From: an uncultured Opitutaceae bacterium
Lineage (GTDB): Bacteria > Verrucomicrobiota > Verrucomicrobiia > Opitutales > Opitutaceae
Assembly: GCA_964526145.1 (NCBI GenBank)
Contig: CAZGJB010000001.1
Location: 1 to 51,500 of the forward strand
Direction of reading: 5' to 3'
DNA length: 51,500 nucleotides
Below, in pieces: positions 1 through 8,715 of this stretch (the first letter of the stretch is position 1; every line of letters begins with the position of its first letter). The notes beneath the pieces are model-generated. The model had not been told where the DNA came from. It saw only the letters and a program-made list of their open reading frames with translations, and did not search any database. The position numbers and the translations under genes were made by a program.

Positions 1-465
1 CGTGAGTGCATGGAGGCCGCCCGCATCCTCGGCGTGCCGCTCCTGGCCGACGTGACCCCGGCGGTCGTCGCCGCGGCCCTGCCGCGCCTCACCCCCGAGG
101 TTGGCCGGCGCGCCCGTCATGTGGTCGAGGAGATCGCGCGCGTGGATGCGACGGTCAAGGCCCTGGCCGCGGGCGACCTCGCCGCGGCCGGTCGCCTGCT
201 CACGGCCTCGCACCGCAGTTCGCAGGCGCTGTTCGAGAACAGCACGCCGGAGCTCGATTTCCTCGTCGATGCACTCACGGTTACGCCGCACGTCCATGGC
301 GCCCGCCTGACCGGCGGCGGTTTCGGCGGAGCGGTGATGGCGCTGACGAGCCCGGAGTTCACGCCCGAGGCCGCCGCGCACGTCGCGGAGGCCTACGCGC
401 TGAAGTTCGGCGAAAAACCCGACGTCCTGCGCACGCAGACCGGCGAGGGCGCCGCGGTGGTGTAG
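1..465 (+). CDS. galK: Galactokinase, C-terminal fragment (5' end lies left of the window)
   Basis: Frame 1 is open from nt 1 to the TAG at 463-465. The translation ...RRARHVVEEIARV...ASHRS...GARLTGGGFGGAVMAL... is colinear with the C-terminal third of GalK and carries the GHMP-kinase GGGFGG motif. Confidence 0.85.
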   Translation, partial: RECMEAARILGVPLLADVTPAVVAAALPRLTPEVGRRARHVVEEIARVDATVKALAAGDLAAAGRLLTASHRSSQALFENSTPELDFLVDALTVTPHVHGARLTGGGFGGAVMALTSPEFTPEAAAHVAEAYALKFGEKPDVLRTQTGEGAAVV

Positions 466-472
466 GCGACCC

Positions 473-1381
473 TTACAGCAGTTCGCCGATCTGCGCGAAA
501 TACTCCGCGAGCCAGCGGTGCAGGAACAGGAAGTGCAGCGCGCCGGCGATCGCGAGCATGGGGCCGAAGGGGACGTGCACGCCGAAGCCGAGCGGGGCGG
601 GTTCGCCCTCGGGGGTCTCCGCCTTGGGGGCGACCGGGGCCGTGCGGCCGGAGTATTTCTGCCAGATGATCGCGACGAGGAACCAGATCGTGCCGACGAA
701 AGCACCGCCGAACATCGCGAAGACCGCGCCCTGCCAGCCGCAGAAGGCGCCGATCGCGCCGACGAATTTCACGTCGCCGAAGCCCATCGCCTCCTTCTTG
801 AGCACGACCTCGGCCACGAGCGCGATCCAGAGGACCAGCCCCGAGCCGATGAACATGCCCTGCACCGCGGTCGTGACCGAGCGCAGGCTGTCGAGGAAGA
901 ACACGCCGCTGTGCTCGCCGTGCAGCGCCGGCACGAGCAGCGCGAGGGTCAGGCCGACGACACCGGCGCCGATTGTGAAAACGTCGGGGATGATGAAGTG
1001 GTCGAGATCAATGAACGTCGCGCCGACGAGCAGGCTGAGGAACACCATGCCGCACACGGCCTTCGCCGGCGGGAACAGGACCCAGCAGGCGAGGAAGAGG
1101 AGCGCCGTCAGGAGTTCCACGAAGGCGTAGCGGAACGAGTATTTCCGCCCGCAGCACCGCGCGCGGCCGCGCAGGATGAACCAGCTCAGGATCGGGATAT
1201 TGTCGTGCCACGCGATCGGTGCGCCGCACCCGCAGTGCGAGCCCGGGGTGACGATGGATTTGCCGGCGGGCAGCCGGTAGATCACGACATTGAGGAAGCT
1301 GCCGATGCACGCGCCGAAGACAAAGGCCACGGTCGGGAAGAACCACGGCGCGAGGGCGCTGACTTCGGCGATGGTGCTCAT
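473..1381 (-). CDS. pilD: Prepilin (type IV pilin leader) peptidase, A24 family
   Basis: 302 aa, polytopic membrane protein. It has the N-terminal Cys cluster GSHCGCG...RCCGRK and the aspartyl-protease motif MGFGDVKF. The ATG at 1379-1381 overlaps the aroE stop by 4 nt. Confidence 0.85.
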   Translation of the reverse strand: MSTIAEVSALAPWFFPTVAFVFGACIGSFLNVVIYRLPAGKSIVTPGSHCGCGAPIAWHDNIPILSWFILRGRARCCGRKYSFRYAFVELLTALLFLACWVLFPPAKAVCGMVFLSLLVGATFIDLDHFIIPDVFTIGAGVVGLTLALLVPALHGEHSGVFFLDSLRSVTTAVQGMFIGSGLVLWIALVAEVVLKKEAMGFGDVKFVGAIGAFCGWQGAVFAMFGGAFVGTIWFLVAIIWQKYSGRTAPVAPKAETPEGEPAPLGFGVHVPFGPMLAIAGALHFLFLHRWLAEYFAQIGELL

Positions 1382-2289
1382 GGCGCGCGGTCGCGCAGGG
1401 CGGCGGCCATCGCGGGGGCGGTTTGGTCGGCGGGGACCCCGCTCCAGATCTCCAGGGCCCTGGCGCCCTGGTGCACGAGCATCGCGAGGCCGTTGGCGTG
1501 GGGCAGGCCGAGCGCCGCCGCCTGCTGGAGCAGCGGGGTGCGCGGGGGGTTGTAGATCATGTCGTAGACGCTGGCGGGCCGGGGCAGGCGGCGCAAATCA
1601 ATCGGCGCCGCGTCGCCGTCGCGGAGACCGGCGGACGTGGCGTTGACCACCAGTGCACCGGGCGGGAGGTCGGCCGGGATCGCGTCGGGGGCGAAGCCCC
1701 GCAGCGGGATCGCGCCCGCGATCGGCCGCAGCGCGGTGAGGAGCGCGGCGAGGTTTTCCGCGGTGCGGTTGGCGATCCAGAGCGAAGCGCAACCGCGCTG
1801 GAGGCACTCGACCGCCGCGCCGCGCGCCGCGCCGCCGGCCCCGAGGAGGAGCACATGGGCGCCGGAGAGTTCGCGGCCGAGATTCTCGCGCACCGCCGCG
1901 GCGAGGCCGTAGCCGTCGGTGTTGAACCCATGCCAGCCTGCGGGGGTCCAGCGCAGCGTGTTGACGGCGCCGACTGGCTGCGCGGCCGGGTCGATCGCGG
2001 CCACGTGGGCAAACGCGAGCACCTTGTGCGGGACCGTGAGGTTGAGGCCGCGGAACTTCCGCCGGTGGAGGAGCGCGAGCGCCGCGGGCAGTTCCGCGGG
2101 CGGCACGTCGAGGCGATGGTAGCGCCAGTCCGCATACGCGCGATCGCCCTGCGCCAGCGCCGCGAGCGCGGTGTTGTGCATGAGCGGACTCAGCGAGTGC
2201 TTGATCGGGTGCCCCAGCACGCACAGCGGCGTGCCGGCCACCGCGGCGTCAGCGAGCCCGGCGAGTGTGAGGGTGTCCGCGGCGATCAT
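1378..2289 (-). CDS. aroE: Shikimate 5-dehydrogenase
   Basis: 303 aa from the internal ATG (rc of 2287-2289). Motifs HSLSPLMHN, NTDGYG and the Rossmann LLLGAGGAARG are present. The longer 536-aa ORF has an Arg/Pro-rich N-terminal extension that overlaps the upstream gene, so I treat the extension as a GC shadow. Confidence 0.85.
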   Translation of the reverse strand: MIAADTLTLAGLADAAVAGTPLCVLGHPIKHSLSPLMHNTALAALAQGDRAYADWRYHRLDVPPAELPAALALLHRRKFRGLNLTVPHKVLAFAHVAAIDPAAQPVGAVNTLRWTPAGWHGFNTDGYGLAAAVRENLGRELSGAHVLLLGAGGAARGAAVECLQRGCASLWIANRTAENLAALLTALRPIAGAIPLRGFAPDAIPADLPPGALVVNATSAGLRDGDAAPIDLRRLPRPASVYDMIYNPPRTPLLQQAAALGLPHANGLAMLVHQGARALEIWSGVPADQTAPAMAAALRDRAP

Positions 2290-2297
2290 GCGTTTCC

Positions 2298-3182
2298 TTA
2301 CGGCCGCGATTCGCGGGCGTGGGTGGATTCGAATTCCTCGACGAAGCTGGCGAAGAGCTTGGCGCGGGCGGGGTCGCCGGCGGTGCCGTAATGGTTGACG
2401 AGATTGCGGCAGCAGCGGCACAGGACCTCGCGCACGGGGGTGGGCATGAGGTCGGTGGGATTCGGGGTGAGGTTGTTGGCGCGGAGCAGGTCGAGGACCT
2501 CGTCGGCGTCGCGGAAGACGCCGCGGTCGAAGGGATCGACGAAGAACGGCTCCGGGCTGGAGAAGCAGCCGACGACGAAGTGCCCGGGCAGGCCGACCGG
2601 CTCGAGCTCGAGGTCGAGCCGGTGCGCGACGAGGAGGTAGAGGATGCTGAGGGAGATCGGGATGCCCTTCCGCCGCACGATGACCTGATCGAGGAAACTG
2701 TTCAGCGGATCGGTGTAGTGCTCGACGTTGCCGTGGAAGCCCCACTCGTGGAAGAGCACGCGGTTGAGGATGCGGCATTTCTCGCGCGCCGTGGCGGGTT
2801 CGCTGGTGAGCTCGCGGCAGCGCGCGGCGATCTTGTCGAGGGCGGCGCCGCAGGCCGCGGTGTCGAGCTGCGGGTGCACCGTGCGGCTCAGCATCAGCGC
2901 GCCGGTTTCCAGCTCGTAGTTGAGCGAGCGGATGAAGGTGCGGAACTCGGCCACCGGGTCGCCGTATTTGAGCTCGGCGAGATACCACGTGGCGTGGTTG
3001 GCGAGCGGACGGTCGAGTCCGCTCACGACCTCCCGCAGGAACTGGATGCCGCAGTCGCCCAGTTCCTGGAAATGCGCGACCAGGGCCTTGCGGACGCCAG
3101 GGGACGGATCGTCAAGGAGGGTCAGCAGCGCCGCGCGATCGCGGGCTCGGAGCATTTTCTTCGCCACGTCCCGAACCGACAA
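2298..3182 (-). CDS. Transglutaminase-like / SirB1 (UPF0162) family protein
   Basis: 294 aa. The central ...RRKGIPISLSILYLLVAHRLDLELEPVGLPGHFVV... is typical of the SirB1/YchA transglutaminase-like family. The start is uncertain: TTG at 3182, or ATG at 3155. Confidence 0.6.
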   Translation of the reverse strand: MSVRDVAKKMLRARDRAALLTLLDDPSPGVRKALVAHFQELGDCGIQFLREVVSGLDRPLANHATWYLAELKYGDPVAEFRTFIRSLNYELETGALMLSRTVHPQLDTAACGAALDKIAARCRELTSEPATAREKCRILNRVLFHEWGFHGNVEHYTDPLNSFLDQVIVRRKGIPISLSILYLLVAHRLDLELEPVGLPGHFVVGCFSSPEPFFVDPFDRGVFRDADEVLDLLRANNLTPNPTDLMPTPVREVLCRCCRNLVNHYGTAGDPARAKLFASFVEEFESTHARESRP

Positions 3183-3207
3183 GGCTTTGCCGCAGGAGGC
3201 AAGGCGT

Positions 3208-3909
3208 TTAAGGGGCGTCCCTTGTGCCGAAGAGGGCGGTGCCGACGCGGACCAGGGTGCTGCCGGCGGCGATGGCGGCGGCCATGTCGCCGGTCATCCC
3301 CATCGAGAGCTCGCGGAGCGGGGCGCCGGACTGCGCGGCGAGGCGGTCGCGGATCTCGCGGAGGTTCGCGAAGGTCCGTTCCGCGACCGCGGGATCGTCG
3401 GACAGCGGCGCGATCGTCATCAGGCCGTCCACCCGCAGGTGGCGGCAGCGCAGCGCGGTCTCGAGCAGCGCCGGCGCCTCCTCGGGCTCCGCGCCGAACT
3501 TCGCGGGGTCGTGCCCGGCGTTGATCTGCAGGAGGACGGGCAGGACCTTGCCCAGCTCGCCCGCGGCGCGGTCGAGGTGGTTCAGGAGCTTCACGCTGTC
3601 GACGCTCTGGATCCGGTCGAAATGGGCGGCGGCGACCTTGGCCTTGTTCGACTGCAGGTGGCCGATCAGCTCCCAGGCGATCGGCGCCGCGCACTGGGCG
3701 CGCTTCTCCACGCCCTCCTGCACGCGATTCTCGCCCACGGCCCGCAGGCCGTAACGCGCGGCATGGGCGGCGGCGGTCGCCGGATGGGTCTTCGTGACCG
3801 CGAGGAGCTCGACCTCCCCGGGATTCCGGCCAGCCCGGGCGCAGGCCTCGGCGATCTGCGCGCGGACCCGGTCGGCTCGCTGCTTAAATTCTTCGTATGT
3901 GAGTGACAT
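3208..3909 (-). CDS. yggS: YggS-family pyridoxal-phosphate homeostasis protein
   Basis: The sequence ...VELLAVTKTHP... contains the PLP-lysine context, and GENRVQE and SMGMTGD are also present. I chose the ATG at 3907-3909; the ORF track starts one codon earlier at a TTG. Confidence 0.85.
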   Translation of the reverse strand: MSLTYEEFKQRADRVRAQIAEACARAGRNPGEVELLAVTKTHPATAAAHAARYGLRAVGENRVQEGVEKRAQCAAPIAWELIGHLQSNKAKVAAAHFDRIQSVDSVKLLNHLDRAAGELGKVLPVLLQINAGHDPAKFGAEPEEAPALLETALRCRHLRVDGLMTIAPLSDDPAVAERTFANLREIRDRLAAQSGAPLRELSMGMTGDMAAAIAAGSTLVRVGTALFGTRDAP

Positions 3910-3978
3910 CAATCCTGCTGCTTATAGGTTTGCGTGGTAATAAGGTCTATTTATCTTCCCGCGGCAACTGCGGTTCTT

Positions 3979-4881
3979 ATGCAAATCGAAAACTTCAAGA
4001 TCTTCGCCGATTTGGTGGAAACGAAAAGTTTCTCCAAGTCGGCCAAACTCAATGGCATCACGCAATCCGCGGTGAGCCAGCAGGCGCGGGCGATGGAGCG
4101 ACATTTCAAGACCCTCTTGATCGACCGCAGCCAAAAGCAGTTCCAGCTGACCCGCGAGGGCCAGAGGGTTTATGATTCCGCGAAGGAGATTCTGCATACT
4201 TATGACAAGTTGCTCTCCGAGCTGCAGGAGATGAAGAAGGTCATCAGCGGCACGATCCGCATCTCGACCATCTACTCCATCGGCCTCCACGAGCTGCCGC
4301 CGTACATCAAGAAGTTCCTGCACGACTTCCCCTCGGTCAACGTGCGCGTCGAGTACCGCCGTTCGAATCTCGTGTACGAGGACATCCTGCACAACTCCGT
4401 CGACTTCGGCCTCGTGGCCTTCCCGGTGAAGCACCGCCAGATCGACTCGATCCCTTTCCGCAACGACCACCTCGTCCTCATCACGCACCCGAAGCATCCG
4501 CTCTCCAAGCGCACCGAGGTCGAGGTGAAGGAGATGGCCGGGCAGAAGTTCATCGGGTTCGATCCCGACATCCCGACGCGCAAGGCCGTGGACCAGATTT
4601 TCCGCGAGAACCGCCTCGAGATCGAGCCGGTGATGGAGTTCGACAACATCGAGACGGTGAAGCGTGCGGTCGAGATCGACCACGGCGTCGCCATCGTCCC
4701 GCAGGCCACCGTCCAGCAGGAGATCCAGCAGGGCACGCTCTGCGCGATCCACTTCAAGGGCCGCGACTTCACCCGCCCGCTCGCGATCCTTCACCGCAAG
4801 GGCCGCGTGCTGACGCCCGCGATGAAGAAGTTCATCGAGACGCTCGGGCTCGACCTGCCGTTCAATCCCGAGGAAGCCTGA
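3979..4881 (+). CDS. LysR-family transcriptional regulator
   Basis: The N-terminal wHTH is MQIENFKIFADLVETKSFSKSAKLNGITQSAVSQQARAMERHF, followed by a LysR substrate-binding fold. It is divergent from yggS. The start could instead be 3934. Confidence 0.85.
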   Translation: MQIENFKIFADLVETKSFSKSAKLNGITQSAVSQQARAMERHFKTLLIDRSQKQFQLTREGQRVYDSAKEILHTYDKLLSELQEMKKVISGTIRISTIYSIGLHELPPYIKKFLHDFPSVNVRVEYRRSNLVYEDILHNSVDFGLVAFPVKHRQIDSIPFRNDHLVLITHPKHPLSKRTEVEVKEMAGQKFIGFDPDIPTRKAVDQIFRENRLEIEPVMEFDNIETVKRAVEIDHGVAIVPQATVQQEIQQGTLCAIHFKGRDFTRPLAILHRKGRVLTPAMKKFIETLGLDLPFNPEEA

Positions 4882-4921
4882 GGGTCGGGAACAAAGCGCG
4901 CCGCTCGCGCCTCCCATCCGC

Positions 4922-5410
4922 ATGCATCGCCTCCTCCGCCTCGCGTTTCTCGCCTCGCTTTTCGCCTGCGCCCTCCTGCGCGCCGAGCCCTTCGGCCCCG
5001 TGCCGGCGCCGGCCTGGTCGCTCCCGGATCTGGCCGGCAAGGCCGTCACCGCCGACCAGTTCAAGGGCAAGGTAGTCGTCGTCGATTTCTGGGCGACGTG
5101 GTGCGGACCCTGCCGCGAGGAGATCCCGGGCTACATCAAGCTCCAGGAGAAGTACGGCAAGGACGGCCTCGTCATCGTCGGCGTCTCGCTCGACCGGCGC
5201 GGACCCGAGGCCGTGCGGAAATTCGCCGAGCGCGAGGGCATGAACTACATCGTCGTCATGGGCGACGCGGCCACGGTCGAGGCCTTCGGCGGTTTCGACG
5301 CGATCCCGACCACGTTCCTCATCGACCGCGACGGCCAGATCCGCGACCGCAAGACCGGCGCGATGGCGACCGCGGATTACGAGAAGGTGATATTGAAGTA
5401 CCTGCGGTAG
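4922..5410 (+). CDS. TlpA-like thiol:disulfide oxidoreductase (thioredoxin fold), secreted or lipid-anchored
   Basis: It has a signal peptide (MHRLLRLAFLASLFACALLRA) and the active site FWATWCGPC. Confidence 0.8.
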   Translation: MHRLLRLAFLASLFACALLRAEPFGPVPAPAWSLPDLAGKAVTADQFKGKVVVVDFWATWCGPCREEIPGYIKLQEKYGKDGLVIVGVSLDRRGPEAVRKFAEREGMNYIVVMGDAATVEAFGGFDAIPTTFLIDRDGQIRDRKTGAMATADYEKVILKYLR

Positions 5411-5414
5411 GGCC

Positions 5415-6302
5415 ATGGCTGCGCCGGCCTTCCTCCTGATTCCGCTGACCTGCGCGCTGCTGTACGTCTTCAGCATGCTGGCGATGAAGCGGGCGGCGGA
5501 CTTCGGCGTCGGCGTGTGGCGGACGGCGTTCTGCGCCAACTGGGCGGCGGCGCTTTTTTTCCTGCCAGTGTGGTTCATCTACGGGAGGGCGGACCTGCCC
5601 TGGACCGCGTACTGGCAGCCTGCGACCGCCGGCCTCGTCTTTCTCCTCGCGCAGGTCTGCATGTTCCTCGCGGTCACACGCGGCGACGTCTCGGTGGCGG
5701 CGCCGGTCCTGGGCCTGAAGGTCGTGCTCGTCGCGCTCTTCTCGAGTCTCCTGCGCGTCGGCGACGTCCCCGCCGCCTGGTGGGCCGGCGCGGCCCTGAG
5801 CACCTTGGGCGTGGCGCTCCTCAACCTCGGCGGCGGCCATAAGGGTGCGGCGCGGACGGGCCCGACCGTCGCGATCGCGGGGGTGTGCGCCGTCCTCTTT
5901 TCGCTGAGCGATGTCCTGATCCAGAAATGGGCGTCCGTGTGGGGCCCCGGGCAGTTCCTGCCGCCGATGTTCCTGCTCGTGGGGATTTTTTCGTTTTTGC
6001 TCCTGGCCTTCGCCCGTGGCGGGCTGGCCGAAATCCGGGTTGGCGCGTGGCGCTGGGTGGGCCTCGGCGCCCTGTTCAACGGCCTCACGCATTTTGGGAT
6101 TTCGCTGACCCTCGCCATCTGGGGTCACGCGACCGCGGTCAACGTCGTTTACAGCATCCGCGGGCTCTTCAGCGTCCTCCTCGTCTGGTGGGTCGGTCAC
6201 TGGTTCACGAACACCGAGCGCCAAGCCGGGCGCCGTGTGCTCTTCACGCGGCTCGCCGGCGCCGCCGCCATGCTGGGCGCGATCGCGCTCGTGCTGGCCT
6301 AG
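5415..6302 (+). CDS. DMT/EamA-like permease
   Basis: 295 aa with about 10 hydrophobic segments and a duplicated EamA-like architecture. Its stop overlaps the convergent gene's stop in the palindrome CTAG (6299-6302). Confidence 0.55.
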   Translation: MAAPAFLLIPLTCALLYVFSMLAMKRAADFGVGVWRTAFCANWAAALFFLPVWFIYGRADLPWTAYWQPATAGLVFLLAQVCMFLAVTRGDVSVAAPVLGLKVVLVALFSSLLRVGDVPAAWWAGAALSTLGVALLNLGGGHKGAARTGPTVAIAGVCAVLFSLSDVLIQKWASVWGPGQFLPPMFLLVGIFSFLLLAFARGGLAEIRVGAWRWVGLGALFNGLTHFGISLTLAIWGHATAVNVVYSIRGLFSVLLVWWVGHWFTNTERQAGRRVLFTRLAGAAAMLGAIALVLA

Positions 6303-6991
6303 GCGGTGCGACCGGGCTGCGCGCGCCGTTGCCGGCGGGGCAGCTTGCGCTTGGCGAGAAGGTCGCGGACGCGGCGGTCGCAGGCGGCGGGAGCGATGGC
6401 GCCCAACGGGCCTGCGGTGGTTGCTTGGATCCCCGCCTCCGTGACCACGAAATCCATCGGGATGTCGTGCGGCTGCGGATAGATCGTCGGGATCCGCGCG
6501 ATCTCGTACGCGACGCAGATCGTGACCGGGTGGGGTTTCAGGGCCTCGAGCGTGCGGTCGAAGTAGCCGCCGCCGTAGCCCAGCCGCCAGCCACCGGCGT
6601 CGAAACCGACCGGCGGCACGAGGACGGCGTCGGGCACGAGGACGGGGGTCCCAACCGGCATCGGGATGCCGAGGGCGCCGGCCGCCATGGGGGCGCGGGG
6701 CCACCATTCGCGGAATTCGAGCGGCTGACCCTTGGCGACGACCGCGGGCAGCACGACCCGTGAGCCCGCCTGGCGCAGCCGCCGGATGAAGGGCCGCGGA
6801 TCGGGTTCGCCCTTGTAGGGCCAGCAGAACCCGACGACGAGGCCGGCCAGCGCCGTGAATCCGGCCGTCAGGTGTTCGTTGAGCGCCCGGTTCCACGCGG
6901 ACCGCTCGGCCGGCGTGCTGGCCGTCCGGCGCGCGATCAGCTGCTGGCGCAGTTCCTTGCGCCAGAGTTTGAGGTCAGCGGGCGTTGCCAT
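6299..6991 (-). CDS. 5-formyltetrahydrofolate cyclo-ligase
   Basis: 230 aa from the ATG (rc of 6989-6991), beginning MATPADLKLWRKELRQQL. The family motif GYGGGYFDR lies near the C-terminus. The ORF extension up to 7132 is judged non-coding. Confidence 0.7.
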   Translation of the reverse strand: MATPADLKLWRKELRQQLIARRTASTPAERSAWNRALNEHLTAGFTALAGLVVGFCWPYKGEPDPRPFIRRLRQAGSRVVLPAVVAKGQPLEFREWWPRAPMAAGALGIPMPVGTPVLVPDAVLVPPVGFDAGGWRLGYGGGYFDRTLEALKPHPVTICVAYEIARIPTIYPQPHDIPMDFVVTEAGIQATTAGPLGAIAPAACDRRVRDLLAKRKLPRRQRRAQPGRTA

Positions 6992-7134
6992 GGACGCGGG
7001 AAACTTGGCCGGTGGGTCCACGGGAGGCCAATGGAAAAGAACCCTAGGCGGTGTTCCCGGATGATGGGCGGGCGAACCGCGGACCGGCGGAAGATGCATC
7101 CGTCTTTCCTCCCCGGGCGTAACAGGATACACCC

Positions 7135-7638
7135 TTGAAACCGAACGTGCCTCACCCTCAGCAAACTTCCAATCCGTGGCGACGCGGGCTCGTGCTGGCG
7201 GGCTTCCTCGTGCTGTGTTTTGGCGCGGCGGCCCTCGGGTCGCCTTTCATCCCGGGCGATTGGTATGCCGGGCTCACGAAGCCCGCGTGGAATCCTCCGA
7301 GCTGGGTCTTCGGCCCGGTGTGGACTGCCCTGTACACGTTGATGGCCGTGGCGGCCTGGCTCGTTTGGCAGCGCAGCGCGGGTGGGGTGCGCCGCCTGGC
7401 CCTCGGGCTCTTCCTCGCGCAACTGGTCCTCAACGCCGCGTGGACGCCGCTCTTCTTTGGTCTCCACCTCCTCGGGGTCGCCTTGGTGGAAATGCTTCTC
7501 CTCTGGGTCGCGATCGCGGCCACGATCATTGCCTTCCATCGGGTGCACCGGCTCGCGGCGTGGCTGCTCGTGCCTTACCTCGCCTGGGTCAGTTTCGCGG
7601 CGTTTCTCAATCTCGCGCTGTGGAGGCTGAACGCGTGA
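7135..7638 (+). CDS. tspO: TspO/MBR tryptophan-rich sensory protein
   Basis: Five TM segments and the motif ...WYAGLTKPAWNPPSWVFGPVWTALYTLMAVAAW... The start is a TTG at 7135, with an alternative GTG at 7147. Confidence 0.85.
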   Translation: MKPNVPHPQQTSNPWRRGLVLAGFLVLCFGAAALGSPFIPGDWYAGLTKPAWNPPSWVFGPVWTALYTLMAVAAWLVWQRSAGGVRRLALGLFLAQLVLNAAWTPLFFGLHLLGVALVEMLLLWVAIAATIIAFHRVHRLAAWLLVPYLAWVSFAAFLNLALWRLNA

Positions 7639-8549
7639 GGAAGGCGAACCGCCCGGTCCTGCGCCTCGGCCTCTGCTGCCAGTTCCTGCGCGAGCCGATC
7701 AAGTTTCGCACCACGACGGTGACGGCGATGCTGCGGCTTTCCCGGCGCGAGCGTCTCGCGCGCCTGGCCGAGCTCGGCCGCGCCAACGCGGATGCCCTCT
7801 ACGCCGCGCTCACATATTGCGCCGCGGCCGGCATCGGGGCCTTTCGCATCAACAGCCAGATTCTCCCGGTGAAGACCCACCCCGAGGCCGGCTACGCGAT
7901 CGCCGACCTGCCGGGGGCCGAAGCCATCGTGGCGCGCTTCCGGGAATGCGGGGCCTTCGCCCGCGAGCAGGGGCTGCGGCTTTCGTTTCATCCCGACCAG
8001 TTTGTGGTGCTCAACTCGCCGAATCCGCAGACGCTCGCGCATTCGCTGGCCGAGCTCGATTACCAGGCGGAGGTCGCGGAGTGGGTGGGGGCCGATATCC
8101 TGAACATCCACGGCGGCGGGGCCTACGGCGACAAGGTCGCGGCGCTCGCGGCCTTGCGCCGGAACATCGCGCGCCTGCCCGACCGCGTGCGCTCGCGTCT
8201 CACGCTCGAAAACGACGACAAGGTCTACACCCCGGCGGATCTCCTCCCGGTCTGCACGGACCTCGGCGTGCCGCTGGTTTACGACGTCCACCATCATCGT
8301 TGCCTCCCCGACGGTCTGAGTGTCGCCGCCGCGACCCAGCGCGCCCGCGAGACCTGGCGGACCGAGCCCTTGTTTCATCTTTCGAGCCCCCTCGAGGGCT
8401 GGGCCGGCCCCAAGCCCGAGCGCCATCACGATTACATCGACCTCAAGGATTTTCCCAAGGAGTGGGTGGGTTGGCCGCTTACCGTCGAAGTCGAGGCGAA
8501 GGCAAAAGAGTTGGCGGTCGAGCGGTTGCGAGCGGAGCTCGGGGTTTGA
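7635..8549 (+). CDS. uvsE: UV damage endonuclease (UvsE/UvdE)
   Basis: The in-frame GTG at 7635 overlaps the tspO stop (GTGA). Translation gives RLGLCCQF..IKFRTTT, HPDQFVVLNSP, LNIHGGG, LENDD and VYDVHHH. The ORF-track extension back to 7176 overlaps tspO and is rejected. Confidence 0.8.
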   Translation: MRKANRPVLRLGLCCQFLREPIKFRTTTVTAMLRLSRRERLARLAELGRANADALYAALTYCAAAGIGAFRINSQILPVKTHPEAGYAIADLPGAEAIVARFRECGAFAREQGLRLSFHPDQFVVLNSPNPQTLAHSLAELDYQAEVAEWVGADILNIHGGGAYGDKVAALAALRRNIARLPDRVRSRLTLENDDKVYTPADLLPVCTDLGVPLVYDVHHHRCLPDGLSVAAATQRARETWRTEPLFHLSSPLEGWAGPKPERHHDYIDLKDFPKEWVGWPLTVEVEAKAKELAVERLRAELGV

Positions 8550-8560
8550 TGCCGCGGTGT

Positions 8561-8651
8561 GAGCGCCAAAGGCGCGCTCCATAATAGCCTGGGGTGCAAC
8601 CCCAGGAAAATGCCCCCATCCCCAATCACCCATCACCTATGACCCATAGCC
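8561..8651. repeat. Half-copy, in reverse orientation, of the heptamer/hairpin element family
   Basis: Two GC hairpins follow the uvsE stop: gagcgcc-aaa-ggcgcgctc at 8561-8579 and cctgggg-tgcaa-ccccagg at 8588-8606. Then come 5 tandem heptamers at 8617-8651: catcccc aatcacc catcacc tatgacc catagcc. The rc shares the 17-mer ggtcataggtgatgggt with 10188-10204. Confidence 0.7.
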
Positions 8652-8715
8652 CCGCCCCCAGTTTTTCGTAGTCATCCGCCGCCACTCCGCCTAGTGGTTG
8701 CGCCTTCCTCTCCCC

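Noticed and set aside
6-1130. Long ORFs on the opposite strand or in alternative frames of clearly assigned genes. Examples: 6-1130 +, 518-1555 +, 3922-5070 -, 5319-6896 -, 8626-9918 -, 12556-13965 +, 20484-21623 -, 40507-41946 -.
   Set aside because: Their translations are Arg/Gly/Pro/Ala/His-rich with no motifs, and they overlap genes that have strong family signatures and GC3-rich codon usage. These are typical GC-driven shadow ORFs.
2290-2988. N-terminal extension of the aroE ORF, which would give 536 aa in total.
   Set aside because: The extension is Arg/Pro-rich and completely overlaps the SirB1-like gene in another frame. A canonical AroE N-terminus starts at the internal ATG at 2289.
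7176-7634. Upstream extension of the uvsE ORF, which would give 457 aa.
   Set aside because: It overlaps tspO in a different frame and has shadow composition. The in-frame GTG at 7635 gives a full-length UvsE with a GTGA overlap.
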